From Lama guanicoe (taxonomy: Eukaryota), in the NCBI GenBank assembly GCA_013239625.1, contig MU054117.1, forward strand, positions 3,710,677 through 3,774,676: 64,000 nt of DNA, given 5' to 3'. The notes beneath the pieces are model-generated. The model searched no databases. It saw only the letters and a program-made list of their open reading frames with translations, and was not told the DNA's origin. Shown here piece after piece: positions 13,164 to 25,667 of the stretch (the stretch's first letter is position 1; every line of letters starts with the position of its first letter). The translations under genes were made by a program, and so were the position numbers.

Positions 13164-13620
13164 GTGAGTGAGGCGCTTGGGCAGCCCTGCCCCAGGACTC
13201 GGGAGGCGGGCAGCCCGGCAGTAGCATGTTTGGCTCTCAGATTCCCTTTCCCTGTGGCCGTGACTCCTGGCTTCTGTTCCCATGTTCTCTCTGTTGCTCC
13301 TCAGAGCATCCTAGCCACTGCTCCCCGGTGGAGGGGAGGAGGCTGCTGGGAGATGCTCAGACTGGCAGCCCAGAGAGGGCAGAGAGCGTTGTAAGCACCC
13401 TCATCAGCCATTCTCTTAACCCCAACCCACCATGGGGACCTCAGATAGCTCCTGCTGGACTGTCTCATGATAGGACCTTCCCAAGGTCCCAAGACTCTTC
13501 TCCGTGGGGTGGGCAGAGGGCACCTGCAGCTTGGAGGAATGAAACACGGAAGAGAAAGCCCAGAGCACAGCCAGGCCCAGCTCCGCTTCCTCCCCTCCAT
13601 CTCCCTGCCCTGCTCTGCAG

Positions 13621-13748
13621 CCTTCTTCATCGGGGTGCTGAATTCTCTGGTCCATGTCTTCATGTACCTGTACTGGGGCCTGGCCAGCCTGGGGCCCTGC
13701 CTGTGGCCCTGCCTGTGGTGGAAGTGACTTCTCGCCGCCCTGCAGCTG
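13621..13748 (+). pseudogene. ELOVL-like exon 6 (128 nt; stop at 13725-13727)
   Basis: Acceptor CTCTGCAG; (A)FFIGVLNSLVHVFMYLYWGLASLGPCLWPCLWWK*LLAALQL; donor CTG|GTGAGA. Confidence 0.93.
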
Positions 13749-14407
13749 GTGAGATGACCCCCTGGCTCCTGGGCGGCCCCAGCTCCTGTTCTCGGCTGCA
13801 CCGGGGACTTGTTATCTGACCGTGAGCCCTGCCTTCTCACTGCTGGGTCTTCCTGAGTCTCTCAGTAACCATCTCCCCGGATCCTGGGGCTGACCCTAAC
13901 TCACTGATGTGATGTGGGGCCTGCAGCGGGTGACATCCATGCCTCAGGCCTTGGTCTTGTCCTCAGTGAAATGAGGGGTCTGGACTAGGTGACCTCAGAG
14001 AGCTAATGCCCTGCAAATATGTGGTCACTGACCCACCCCCTGGGGGCCGGGGGGCCCCGTGGTTTGTGGAGCACCATTGCCAGGTGGTGGTGACAGCCTG
14101 AGCTGTCCCTCCTGGGGCTCGGGATGGACTGAGATCATCATTAGTGTCAATACGACATGGCTGGATTGGGGAAAATAGGGGACCAGTAGGGAGAGGGGTC
14201 GGAAGGATCTTAGGGTCATGGGCAGGAAAGCCTGGGGGTGGGTTTCATCCGGTTTCCTAGTCCTTCCTCTTCCTTAGCCGTGGGAGGCCTGCTCCCACTG
14301 GTGGACAGAGGGAACAATAAGAAGGTACGAGGGGCATCCGTCCTGTCCCTCAGCACCGCTAATCACCTCTCCCCTCTTCTCCTTCTTCTCCTCCTTCCTC
14401 TCCCCAG

Positions 14408-14578
14408 GGTCAGCTCGTGGCCATTGCTGTCCACTCCTCCTACAGTCTCTTTGCCTTGTGCCCCTTCCCCGATGGGTTCAACATGACTGTCCTCCTCTAC
14501 ACCCCCAGCCTCATCACCCTTTTCCTCGACTTCTACCACCAGACATATCTGAGGGGCAAGAGGGAGAAGCTGGCTTAA
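14408..14578 (+). pseudogene. ELOVL-like terminal coding exon (171 nt, open frame)
   Basis: Long pyrimidine tract plus CAG; GQLVAIAVHSSYSLFALCPFPDGFNMTVLLYTPSLITLFLDFYHQTYLRGKREKLA*, with a basic ER-retrieval-like C-terminus. Confidence 0.92.
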
Positions 14579-14880
14579 GGGGTGGGACCGAGGACTGAAA
14601 CCAGCAGAGAGGTCGGTGGAAGACGGCCCTACTCGCAGCCCACCGAGCTGAGCAGGCTCCCCTGGGCTGGTGTTTCATCCTACGAGGGGAGGAGGAGACT
14701 TTCCTTCTTTCCAGAGGTCAGGAGGATGAAAACAGACCCACCTTCCTGAACCTACTGTTGTTACGGCCTTTCTCAGGTGGAGTTGTTACTGCGTGTCTGC
14801 CTCCTTCCTCAGCTAGACCTGAGCCCCTCACAGGAGGACCTGTCTTACTCCATTGTCCCCACACTGGCACAACGATTTTC

Positions 14881-14886
14881 AATAAA
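14881..14886 (+). terminator. Probable poly(A) signal of the ELOVL-like gene
   Basis: AATAAA about 300 nt after the terminal stop codon. Confidence 0.55.
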
Positions 14887-17800
14887 TGTACATTTGGATC
14901 CTTGTCTTCCCCCACTAGCAGTCGTGGCCTCTGGTGAGGAGCGGGCTGGCAGCCTGGCTGGGAGCATAGAAGAAGTCAAGGCTGGCTTGATCCCTCACCT
15001 TGCAGGGCAAGATGATGACTGAGAAAATCCAAGAAGGAGTGTGGGTCTGTGTGATTTCTAGCTTGGCTGTGTAAACAGTTCCCCTACACACCTCTCTGTC
15101 TCTTCACTAGTGCCTATGTACGCATTTACAGAGGTGTGTGATTCTGTGTGTGTGAATGGGGCGGCAAAGAGGGCTATGACTATACATCTGAACACTTGTT
15201 CTCAAATACACCCATGTGTTTCCATTTATGATTTTCTCTGTTGGTGTTTTTTGCTGGTCTCTTCTATGAATCTCTGCAAATGCTACAGTGGCAAATAAAA
15301 GCTCCTGGCATCAATAACTCTCCTGTCCCAATGAGAGGCATGGAAGCTCGTAAGAAGTCTCTGAATACATGTTCCACCAAGGGCCCCCCAAGGAGGAACG
15401 TGGAAAGGGGGAATGGGGTAAAATGAACACAGCCGTCCACCTGGCAGAGAGGGAGCCTGGGGCCAGCAAAAGGGAGCGCACAGCCGAGAGCACAGAGGAT
15501 GGCGGAAGCAGGCGTCTGCTGGACTGCCTAAGACTGGACCTGGATGGGCATCTGGAACGCATTTTCCCTGGGAGCTCTCTCTGCCTCCAGGATGCTGCTT
15601 CTTTCTTATAACGTCTCCCCATAGCTCTTTCCCTTCACAAGGAAAGTTCTTATTTTGCGATGTCTCGATGTTAAGAATATTAAAGACCCATTAACGTTTA
15701 AGCAAGGCTATTTGGGGACTATTTATCCATCAGGTGCTCTACTTAATTAACTCAAGGCCATGCAGGGTGGCATCCTGTGGACAGAATACTCAGAGAAAAT
15801 TTCCTCCCACTTCTGCAGGGTGGGAACCCACCCCGCACACTTTTCCACAGCAAGTTGAGTGCTTTCGCAGGTGGGGGCCTATTTTAAGGCAATCTTTTAA
15901 TTTTTTTTAAAACACGTCTTAGAAGGTCTGTTCATTTGCTTAGCATCCAGGACAGAGGAAGGATTAGTCATCCCAGAGTTCAGGGCTCACATCTGTCCAG
16001 CCCTTCATAGCTGACTGATGGAGCAGCCCAAGGGGAAACCGTATGTCCTGGGTCACATCTGAATGAAATAAAGTTTTGGGGGGAGAGCCTGGTGGGAGGC
16101 AGTGCGGTGGAAGGGGTTTGGGGGAAAATTCTCAGTGAGCTGAAAGTGTCCATCCTTTTCTTTAACCTGCACCTCGTTGTGATGACTCTACCTGGTTCAG
16201 GGGTGCTGGACAGGATGTTGTGTATCAGGGTAGAAAGAGTGTGTGAAATGATAAAACACAGAGTTATTTGGATTTGTCAAAATGCAGCCAGATTCTTAAT
16301 TAATAAGGTAGAAGGTCACCTCTATGAACTTTAAGAGATACTAGTAAGAAAGAGGGCTGGTTAGATTTTTAAACATTTAGCAGGGCTGAGCTCTTGCCCA
16401 GAGAGTGTCCATTTGCCAAGATATGGAGGCCCAGGTGCCCGGGGGAGGGCCGAGGAGACAGAAGCGGAGGGTAGCCCCACGGGATGCAGGAGCTGATGCT
16501 CTGGATCCCGGCTCTACCCCCTAAATCAGAGCACACCTAATTAAAGAAATAAAAACCACCCACAGGGACCAGCTTCGTGGTCCTCTCCCAGCTCAGAATT
16601 CAGTGAAGACCCCCCCCTGCTGGCCACAAACACTCCGTTTTCCACTCCCCTGACCCCCAAGGATGCTGGGTGTGAGCAGGTGTCCGGAGCCGGGAATCAG
16701 AGGAAAAGGTTATTCTCCCTTTTGCCACCTCCCCTTCTCTGTCTCTTTCTCCAGTTCTCTGTATAAATACAGGGACCCTTCAAAGAGGAGGCAGCCTCTG
16801 CCTTTGTCCTTTGTCCCTGGGTAGACTTAGGGCAAAATGCCAATAACAAAGGAAGACTTTAATTAGGGTTTTTGACATTCCAGCCCTCAGGGATCAGGAC
16901 CTGAGATCTGCAGACGTGTGAGCTTCAGGTGGTCAGCAAGGTGCCTGCTCCATGTGTGGTGGGAAGAGGAGGAAATTCACTACCAAAGAAACAAAATATT
17001 GTGATTTCAAAGATCTGAATTTCACTGAGGGTAGAGGGAACAAAGATTCACGAATAAAATAAGGGAAGGCTCATTTAAGCCGGCCACACACAGCTGTTAT
17101 AAAGAGGGAGACAGTGCTGGACAGCCCTTGGTGGGGGGCACTGTCCCAGGTCCTCAGAAGCAGCACCTGAGTTTGGGGTCAACCTTTGTCCTCTTGCATC
17201 TGGGGAGGGCGTGGGGCCTTCACATCAACTCTCAGTGCCTTTTTCACGTGTGGAATTTGCGGTAGGAGGGGATTTCAGCTAAAAACATACTCCAATAGAG
17301 CTGGGATGGTAGCCTCTGGTCACCTAGAACCCTCCTTTTACAAACACAATAATTTAGAGATGCAATGTGAAATAAGAATGTAGGAACATCTCAATTCTGC
17401 AGAGAATTACATATAACGTATAAACACACAGATGTTAATAATATTCATCTCTAGGTTGTGAGATCAGCTTTTTTTTTTAACTTCCAGAGAATGGTTTATT
17501 ACTGAGAAAAACTGCCTCCACCATGCTACTAATTCTAGGTTTATTCAAATTTATAGCAATTTTAATTATTTTTCACATTCTTCATCTTTACAGATTTTAT
17601 ATTTTCTAGCTTTTCTCACCTGTCTAAACATTTTTTGGTAGTACCTCTTTCCTCTTTACTGGAAAGCATCTATCAATGAGATTTCCCTGTCACTTCATTG
17701 CCAATAAGATTAGGGTTGTTTTTAATTTCTTTGCATTTTCCTATTTCTTAAAATGTTTATTCTTTTTTTTTTTTTTAATTATGAAACTTTACTGCTGCAA

Positions 17801-18551
17801 CGTGATGAACTCAGGATACCTCGGCTCTTCCTTTGTGCTGAGAACTGTGAAAGCGTTGGTTAGATCTGCTCATCGGGGCTTCATGCCGATGCGCCCTAGT
17901 CCCGCCGGTGACCTCTCCGTGGTCCCCCACACACGCATTGGGCGCTCGCTGTGTTGTAGGTGTTGGGCTCTGTGTGGGGGTCGGAAGGACACAGCGACTG
18001 GATTTGCACTATGAGAACCAAGTTCGTGCATAAAAAGCCAACTCGCCAGCCACTCCCACTGCTTCAGGGAAAGTCTGGCGGAAATCCCGCCTGGTCTCAG
18101 TGTGGGAGGGAAAGAGGACTTTGAGCAAAACTTACGCACGGTGTCAAATGTGAAAATGGCTGAATCACGTCCGTGTAAATCCAACCTTCCTGCCGCCTCC
18201 ATTCCCCGGTTTGAAGTGAGCTCCCAGAACGTCACAACGGTGGCATCCTTATGGAAACGGAAACTCCTTCTGGAAAGTTAATGAAATGCTAGAAGCTTGT
18301 GCCAAGACCAGGGACTCCTCTTGAAGGAAAGGTTCCTAGGAAAGGTTTCTTGGAGAGAGACTCCAAGGAGGTGGGTGAGCCTTCACATCTGACACAACAG
18401 TGGGCTGCTAGCTGTGAAGCATCGTGGGGAAGTCTCTTGGTTTTCCCGGGCAGCAGCCTTAATGTCAGAGGGGAGCCGGGTCCGCCTACACTGGGGAGAG
18501 CCCAAGTCAGTGCCCCAAGATTCCTGTGGCTTTGCCCCAGCCCGGGAGGTC

Positions 18552-18740
18552 GGGTTGCCAGATAAAACGCAGGATTCCCAGTTACACTTGAAATTCAAAA
18601 ACACACACACACATAATTTTTAGCATAACTATGTCCCAAGAAAGATTTCGGGCATACTTATGCTAAAAAAAGTACTTGTTGTTTACCTGAAATTCAAATA
18701 TAACTGGGAGTCCTGTATTTTTATTTGCTAAATCTGGTAA
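18552..18740. mobile_element. MER53-like palindromic non-autonomous DNA transposon
   Basis: GGGTTGCCAGATAAAACGCAGGATTCCCAGTT...AACTGGGAGTCCTGTATTTTTATTTGCTAAATCTGGTAA; long inverted arms around GTCCC/GGGCAT. Confidence 0.75.
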
Positions 18741-19589
18741 AAATTCTACAAGGAAGGCAACTGAACGTTCCCAGGCCCCACTCCCACAAGTAGAAACAAG
18801 AAATTAAGAAAGAGAAGAAGAGACTTGAGGGTGGCGGGAGACAAGAATTCTCAAAGCTCTAAGGAGGGGAAACAGCCCGGGGACTGAAGGAGGATTCAGC
18901 TGCATCTCAAGGGACTTCCAGGGTGGAGCAGGTGCACCAAGAATCAGAAGAGAAATGATTATTCTGGTGCAGGAGTGTGAGATCAAGATCCACCCAAGTC
19001 TAGAAGCAGATGAAGTGGGTGCCTACTTCTTGCCAATGATGCTGCAGCTACATTTGTGTGCATGCTGCTCCCCCCGCCCCCCCCCGGAAGGCTTAACACC
19101 AACCCCCAGGAGAAGGGAAGGGCATGGGAGAAATAGCTTCAATACGATTGTCTTATCAACCTGAAATGATACTATAGGACTTCCAGGGGAGCCCGTCGAC
19201 ATTGCCGAATTTAACTGGTTTACCTGAAAATTCTGAGATTCATCTTCTATGTCAGTTAGAATGGAGCCATGGTATTAAAAAGTAAAGCCAGTTATCAGAG
19301 AATTTTAAGAAATTAACATTTTGCACGTGTGAGATCGTTGTCTGTGAGGCTTTTAAAAATTCATTCTCAGCCTATATACACGGGCTTTAGGTCTTTTTAA
19401 GCACTGATCAGAGATGCGTGACCTCCTTTGAAAGTGAAAAGCTTCCCTTCCCTTCCCCTGACTCACGCTGCAGTCGACAGGTTGCCCGGGGAGCTGCTTT
19501 CTCGAGAGGAACCTTGAATCTCATTCCACTTGGTCTCTGTGATGAAAGCAGTAGTCTTATTTTTCACCTTCCAACTATTTAATGATATT

Positions 19590-19880
19590 ATTTTATTTTT
19601 ATTTTTATTGAAGTGTAACTGATTTACAATGTTACTTTCAGGTGTACAGAAAAGCAGTTCATTTATGTATAGATACACACACACACACACACACACACAC
19701 ACGTATTTCAGACTCGTTTCCACTGCAGCTGATTGCAAGATACTGAGTACAATTCCCTGTCCTATACAGTTGGACCTTGTCGTTAGTCTGTCTTATATAC
19801 AGCGGTGTGTATCTGTTAGTCCCAAACTCCTAGTTTATCCCTCCTCCCTTCCCCTTTCCCCTTTGGCAACCATAGTTTCG
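19590..19880 (-). mobile_element. LINE-1 3' end containing a (CA)n tract
   Basis: T-rich tail then ATTGAAGTGTAACTGATTTACAATGTT...CAATTCCCTGTCCTATACAG...TTTGGCAACCATAG. Confidence 0.75.
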
Positions 19881-20963
19881 CATTATTTTATTGAACATAT
19901 GGTCAGCCTTCACAGTCACCTCCCATACTTTTAGTGCTGACATGCCTCCCTGGAGTCCTCATGCTTAGAATCGCTGACTTCGGGGTTCCTTAGTTTACGG
20001 AGTTTTCCTACCCAGCAGACTGATGACGACGGTGGTGATGAAGGCTGTGATGACCACAGAGCCACCCCAGACTCAGGGCCTGTTGCATCCCACTTATCTC
20101 CTGGGTGACCGATCTGGGTAGTGACCCTGGACACTGTGTATTACCATCCCCATTTCCCAAATGAGAGAAGGGAGGCTCAGGGAGGTTCAGAGACGTGCTC
20201 AGGCCAACACAGAGAATAAATGGTGGAGTGGGATTTAAATCCAGATTTGTCTAATCCCAAAGCCTGTGATTTTCCCACACTGCCTCACTGCCCAGCCACC
20301 ACATAGCCCTCACTCACGAGAAATTCCTGCCTCCTTTGCTTGGCTCTAATTATAGTCCTTCTGAGAGGAATGTGCTGGGCCCTCTTCCTGGCACTGACTG
20401 CACCTCACTGGCCATGCCAGGCATCGTTAGCATTTCATTTATTAATAAACGCTTAAATAATGCCAGCTGTGTGCCAGACACTGGTTTGGGCAGATTACAA
20501 ATAATAACTCAATCTTTATAACAATAAATGGTTATAACAATAGATAAGAGTTAAGCTCCATTATTATTATTACTCACATCTTATAGATAAGGAAACTAAG
20601 GCACAGAGAAGTGAAGTGACTGGCCCAAGGTCACACAGCCAGTATGTTCTGCAGACCTTGGGATCATGTCTATTTCCATGCAGCACGACCACCCCCCACC
20701 TTCTTCCAGAGATGTGGACTTCTCATCCTAACCTGTCCCCTAACTACCTCGTATGAGTGCTGAGAGGGTGACGGGGTCACAGGCTCAGAGTGTCCACAGA
20801 GAAAGGCCTTGCATTCCAAGTGAAAGCTGGCATGGCTCAGCTGTGGCTCCTGGCAACTCTCAGTTCTGTTCCCAAACACCAGTCCTTCTTTATTTCCAGT
20901 GCTTGGGAAGTGCCCATGGCCTCCAAGAGAGCTCCTTCTTTTGAGATTGAAAACCACATCTCA

Positions 20964-21202
20964 GGGGGGAGGGTACAGCTCAGTGGTAGAGCACATGCCT
21001 AGCACACATGAGGTCCTGGGTTCAATCCCCCGTACTGCCATTAGAAAAATAAATAAATAATCCAGTTACCTCCCCACTAGGAAGGAAGGAAGGAAGGAAG
21101 GAAAGAAAGAAAGAAAGAGAGAAAGAAAGGATGGATGAAGGAAGGAAGCAGGGGAGAGAGAGAGAGGGAGGGAGGGAGAGAGGGAGGGAGGAAGGAAGAA
21201 AT
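20964..21202 (+). mobile_element. tRNA-derived SINE (camelid-type) with tail expanded into a (GGAA)n/(GA)n purine tract
   Basis: GGGGGGAGGGTACAGCTCAGTGGTAGAGCAC...GGGTTCAATCCCC; degenerate TSD AAAACCACATCTC / AAAACCAAATCTC. Confidence 0.85.
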
Positions 21203-23439
21203 AAAACCAAATCTCCAGTCTCGGTGGTCTTAACTTTCCTCTCAAGAGCTTCCTCCCCACCCTGGACCCCCACCCCCTCCGATCGCAGCCAAGCTGCACA
21301 GGGCAGATGGTGCAGGGGAGGGGGCTGCCCTCCCTGGGGAAGCAGTCAGCCGACCCAAGCTGGGAGGCCATATAACACCAGGCTGAAAATCTCTGCCTCT
21401 TGGAGTGACTTGGTTTTGACAAGGTGCCAGACATCTGCCTTTCAGAGATCCCTGTGTGCAGACAGACAGTGTCCTAGGAACTCTTCCAGGCTGTTGGTCA
21501 TTCACACCTTTGTTGCTGGCTTTTCCGCATCAGGCCTTATCAGGGACTTAACGTGACCGAAGGCAGGATGGCAGATGGGTGCAGAAAGTTAGAAAGGGAA
21601 GCCCAGTGAGAACTCTCTGCTCCACGGTGGTTCAGAGGAGTTGCCCTGATAACGCACAGCAATAACCAAGAGCTGCCAGGCCTCTGCCATGTGCTCCTTA
21701 GTAAAACCTTTGACAATTTGCTTAATTGTATGAACTCTCAGCTTCCGTGTCTACAAACAAGGACTAATAATGGCAGCTACCTCTTAGGGATGTCATTGAG
21801 GATTAAATGCCATAATGTATGTAAAAGGCATAGTCCAAAGTTGGGCACATGACAAGAGCTCAAGAAATGTTAACGACCGTGATTTCACACACCAGCTTAA
21901 ATGCAGTTTGCTATTTTTTGTGCACCCCATGATCACCTGTGAACTCAATGCTATTTCCCTTTTTATAGATTCAAAATTTTAAATAAAACATTTAGAGAGG
22001 CTAAATTACTTGCCCAGGCCATGCAGCTAATAGTCAGAGGTGCGGAGTGGGACATGAGGTCTTTGTTTTCTGCTTTCCAATGTCACGCTTATTCCATTGC
22101 CTGGAGACGGTGTTAGCAGTAATCTCCTTCCTCCTCCAAAACAGACACGAACGCACACTGTGACCTGTTCCTGAGCTCCAGGAAGGTAGCCCTCACAGCT
22201 TGGTGCTTGCTTTTCAATACCACCCAGTGTAGTGGGATAACACCTGGGAGCTGAGGGTAGCCAGGCAGTTCACGACGTTAAACGCCACGGGGTGCTGGCC
22301 AGCCATTGCTTTGTTGGCAGAGAGAGCGAGGCTCCGAAGCTGAGTTGAAGAATCCAGTGGGTGGTGGCTGAGCACCATCTGAAAGTGTGAAAGTCCTGAT
22401 TATCATCCTCAATATCCTATTCCTGCCAGTGGCATCAGCCTGCGAAAAATTAGAAAGCTACTTCCCAAGGTTAATAAAAAGAAGGGAAGAGGCTGGGAGG
22501 GTGGGGGTTTCAGTGTCGGGCTGGGGAAGGGGAAACAGAAGACGACAGACATTAAAATAGCAGCAAGTGAACACCGTGTAATTTCCAACAGTCGATAATG
22601 TCACGCTGCAAGGTTGGTGATTCTGCCGAGATAATTACCACTCCCCAGATTACTGTCTACACTGGAGAAAGAAATGACTGCTGTGTGTGAGAAATCACAC
22701 TGCCTCTCTCATCTTAAATAGTGGCAGTGATTAATGAGAGACCGGGCTGTAAATTCACAAATCTTTCACCTATGCGTGGGGGCTTTCAGAAGTAGAGAAG
22801 AAAGCATGATAAACTCTCCTCCACCCATAGGGAGACTGAGAGCTCTTGGGGTGACTCCGCCTTTAGAGTCACCCTGCATCTCCCAGCAAGTCTGGGTCTG
22901 AAAAATTACGACCTAATCCTGTAGACCACTCATGGGGTTTTCCCTGGCTGCAGAGAGACCGTCTGCTGGTGAAACCACTGCTAACCCCCACGCTTACTGT
23001 TTAGGGCATCCAAGCTGCTGAGGCTAACACCCGGGGATCCTGGGTCACTTTCCACCAGTCTGGGAGACCATGGCTGTTATCACTGGTCAACAAAGAGGGA
23101 GGCCCCTGATACAGCGATCCGTCAGTCACCACAGGCAACGAACACGGGGGATGGAGGGCGGTGCGTTAACAATATTAACTAGTAGTTCTCAAGTGCTCAT
23201 GATTCTCCAGACATTCAGTACTCAGAACAACCACAGGAGGCTAGCCTAGGCACATTAATGTCCTCACTGGGCGGATGGAGAAACTGGGGGCTAGAGAGGT
23301 TGAATGCCACGGCCCTCTTCCCAGGCCAACCTCCATCCAGACCCCAAGCTCATATCTGGGAGAAGGTACTTCCCAGCCCTGGGATTTCCTTCTGCACCAC
23401 AGCATCCACTAAGAGGACCAGACCCCTACGTGGGACCCA

Positions 23440-23630
23440 TCCTCCGGGACAGCCATCCTCCAGCTTCCATGGCATCAGAATCCCCTGGAGGGCTTGTTCA
23501 GACACAGACTCCTGGGCTTCGTCACCCCATAATCTGACCCAGTAGGTCAGAGAGGGGCTCGGAAAGCACACTTCTGAAGAGCTTCCAGGTGCTCGTGACG
23601 CCTCTGGTCCACGGACCGCACTTTGAGTAG
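23440..23630. mobile_element. MER5A-like hAT DNA transposon
   Basis: GCATCAGAATCCCCTGGAGGGCTTGTT...TGGTCCACGGACCGCACTTTGAGTAGCA. Confidence 0.65.
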
Positions 23631-25667
23631 CAGGCCTCTGGAAGCCATCCCATCCCGGCCCCGACCTCCGGGTCCAGTCACATTGAAACTGCAGCTGAGC
23701 CCTATTCCTGCTCCACAACAAAACCATCTTTTAATCAAATTAGAATAAAGAGGATTTATTTTGAGAGAGACACTGAGAAAAATGGGTGCTGTCTGGCCTG
23801 CGTGAATCATGCAGTGACCACATGTTTTTTCCCGGGCTTAGCAGGTCCACTCCTCACGTAATAATAAAACTGTTTTACATTTGCTTAGCACTTTTATAAT
23901 AAAGTGCTTTTTTCATATATCTGGATACATAACCTAAACTCATACATATATCTTTATACAACGTGGGCCATGACCTAGCTAGACAAGCCATTTAATATAA
24001 AATACTCAGTAATGCCCTCCTTGATCTGGGTGCCTAAGCAGAGAGTTAGGAAATAAAAGTTGCAATTGCTATTGAGAAAGCAAAAACCAACTCGGGTATC
24101 TCTGACCGGAATAGCAAATGAAGCTCCCGGGTCACGGCTTTGGAGTTAGAAGGTTCTCACGTTGGGTGAGTGAACACTGTAGTGAGATGTTTTGAGGGCA
24201 GAAAGACGGGCAGGAGAAAAAGAGACTGAGAAAAATGGTCCCAGAGCATCCATAATCCACCAGCCGCGGGATGGAGGAGGGCGGGGGTAGGGAGCAGGGA
24301 CTCTCACTCTCCAGGGCTCGCCACCCCTTGAATCTCCTATCCCTGGCTATCTGGGTCACATTCCTGTCTATGTTTGGCCCCTGAAAATGCACTGGACCCA
24401 TTAATGAATTTAGTCCTGGATTAGACTGGGTGGGGGAGGAGGGAGGGAGAGAAAAAGCCAAGCTCCAGATGTGAGCCTTGATGTGTGAATGGCCGCTCGG
24501 TTTAATCCCTCTCAGCAGGAAACTGGAAAGGCCTTCTGAGGTCTCGCTAGGGATCTGGGCTGATTTCAGCATCACCTCTCCTCTAACCCTCAGCCCTGCC
24601 TCCCGCCTCCATCCCTTAGCGCAGCAAGGACTCCTCTCCCCGGCAAGCCCCCACGGGCACAGACGCATTTGTTCTGCTCCTGTGTTTTGCTTCACTCCAC
24701 CCTTGGTGCCTCCATCAAACAGGAAAGGAAGCTCATTTCCAGAACTTCCTTCCCAAGGTGTTGGATTCGGGGGCAAGTGAGAAGGGAAGTGGGGGTGGGG
24801 GCGGGGCAAGGAGGAACAGCTGCTCATCTCGTTAAGATGTTTTCACCACAGAGCCGAGAGGGGAAGGCATCTGGGAGAGGGTTAGGCGAGAGAGGGCCTC
24901 ACTGACGAACACTCTGTTACCACTTATTGCAATGGTAGCACATCCTGAGGTCTACTACTTAACAGTAATGACCCGGCACTGCGTGCTTCCTAACATTCAG
25001 CAGTAAGACCCAGGCTATCAATGACTTTTTAAAAATTAAAATATAGACAGCTTAAAATGTGTTAGTTTTTAGTGACTTTTTAATCCAGTTTTCCTCTTAA
25101 CTTTTTCTCAAAGGTATTTTGGTTTATTTGAACTCTGCTGCTTCCGTTTGGCTCTCCCTGGTCCAGCCTGAGAAGTCCTGAGCCCTCTCTCCCACGACTT
25201 CCAATACCTCGGTGTTTCCTTAGAAAGATGTGAACCAAGAGGCTGTGGGGAGGTTGGAGAAAATGAGAAACCAAGTCTTCCCCAATCTGGGGGCAATGGC
25301 TTCCCTTGTGGAGAAGATGCTATGATAGTTTTGTTCAATGTCCTCTTTTAATGTAGGGGAGATCCGGGGTGATGGGGGTAATTGGAAATAATTGGTTTAC
25401 CGGAGTGATAGAGAAGGCACAGGGGAAATGGCTCAGAGTGTTCTTCTCTTCCGTAAGAAATCCAAGATCTCTCAGGAGTGCCCAGCCCGAGCTTGGCCAG
25501 AGGGCCTAGAGGTGCTTCAGAGATGTGGTCCCTCAGTAGAGCCTCTTTCCCCTTGGAAGGAAGGAGCAGAGGCTTGAGCCCAGCCCCTGGGGTGCCTGCT
25601 AGGCACCCTGGCTAGTTTGCAGAGAGACAGACAGACAGAGATAGAGACAGAGACAGAGACAGAGACT

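Larger units (their letters stand above)
8504..14578 (+). pseudogene. Non-processed ELOVL (GNS1/SUR4 family) fatty-acid elongase pseudogene, Elovl8-like; 7 coding exons
   Basis: Colinear exons with GT/AG boundaries encode ELOVL motifs: NYSYFCQLVDYS, FSK..DT, VFFILQKK..VTFLHVYSH, LNSLVHVFMYLYWGL, LWWK, LQL, CPFPD, LFLDFYHQTY. Multiple stops and frameshifts. Confidence 0.92.

Noticed and set aside
8504..14578. Functional elongase rescued by readthrough, selenocysteine or alternative splicing
   Set aside because: Mixed TGA and TAG stops, two frameshifts, a lost acceptor and a mutated histidine box cannot all be bypassed.
20964..21040. tRNA-like sequence with A and B boxes
   Set aside because: Head of a tRNA-derived SINE: it has a tail and TSD, and several diverged copies occur in the window.
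22540..22790. Possible conserved non-coding element (non-repetitive, TAAT-rich)
   Set aside because: Conservation cannot be judged without alignments.
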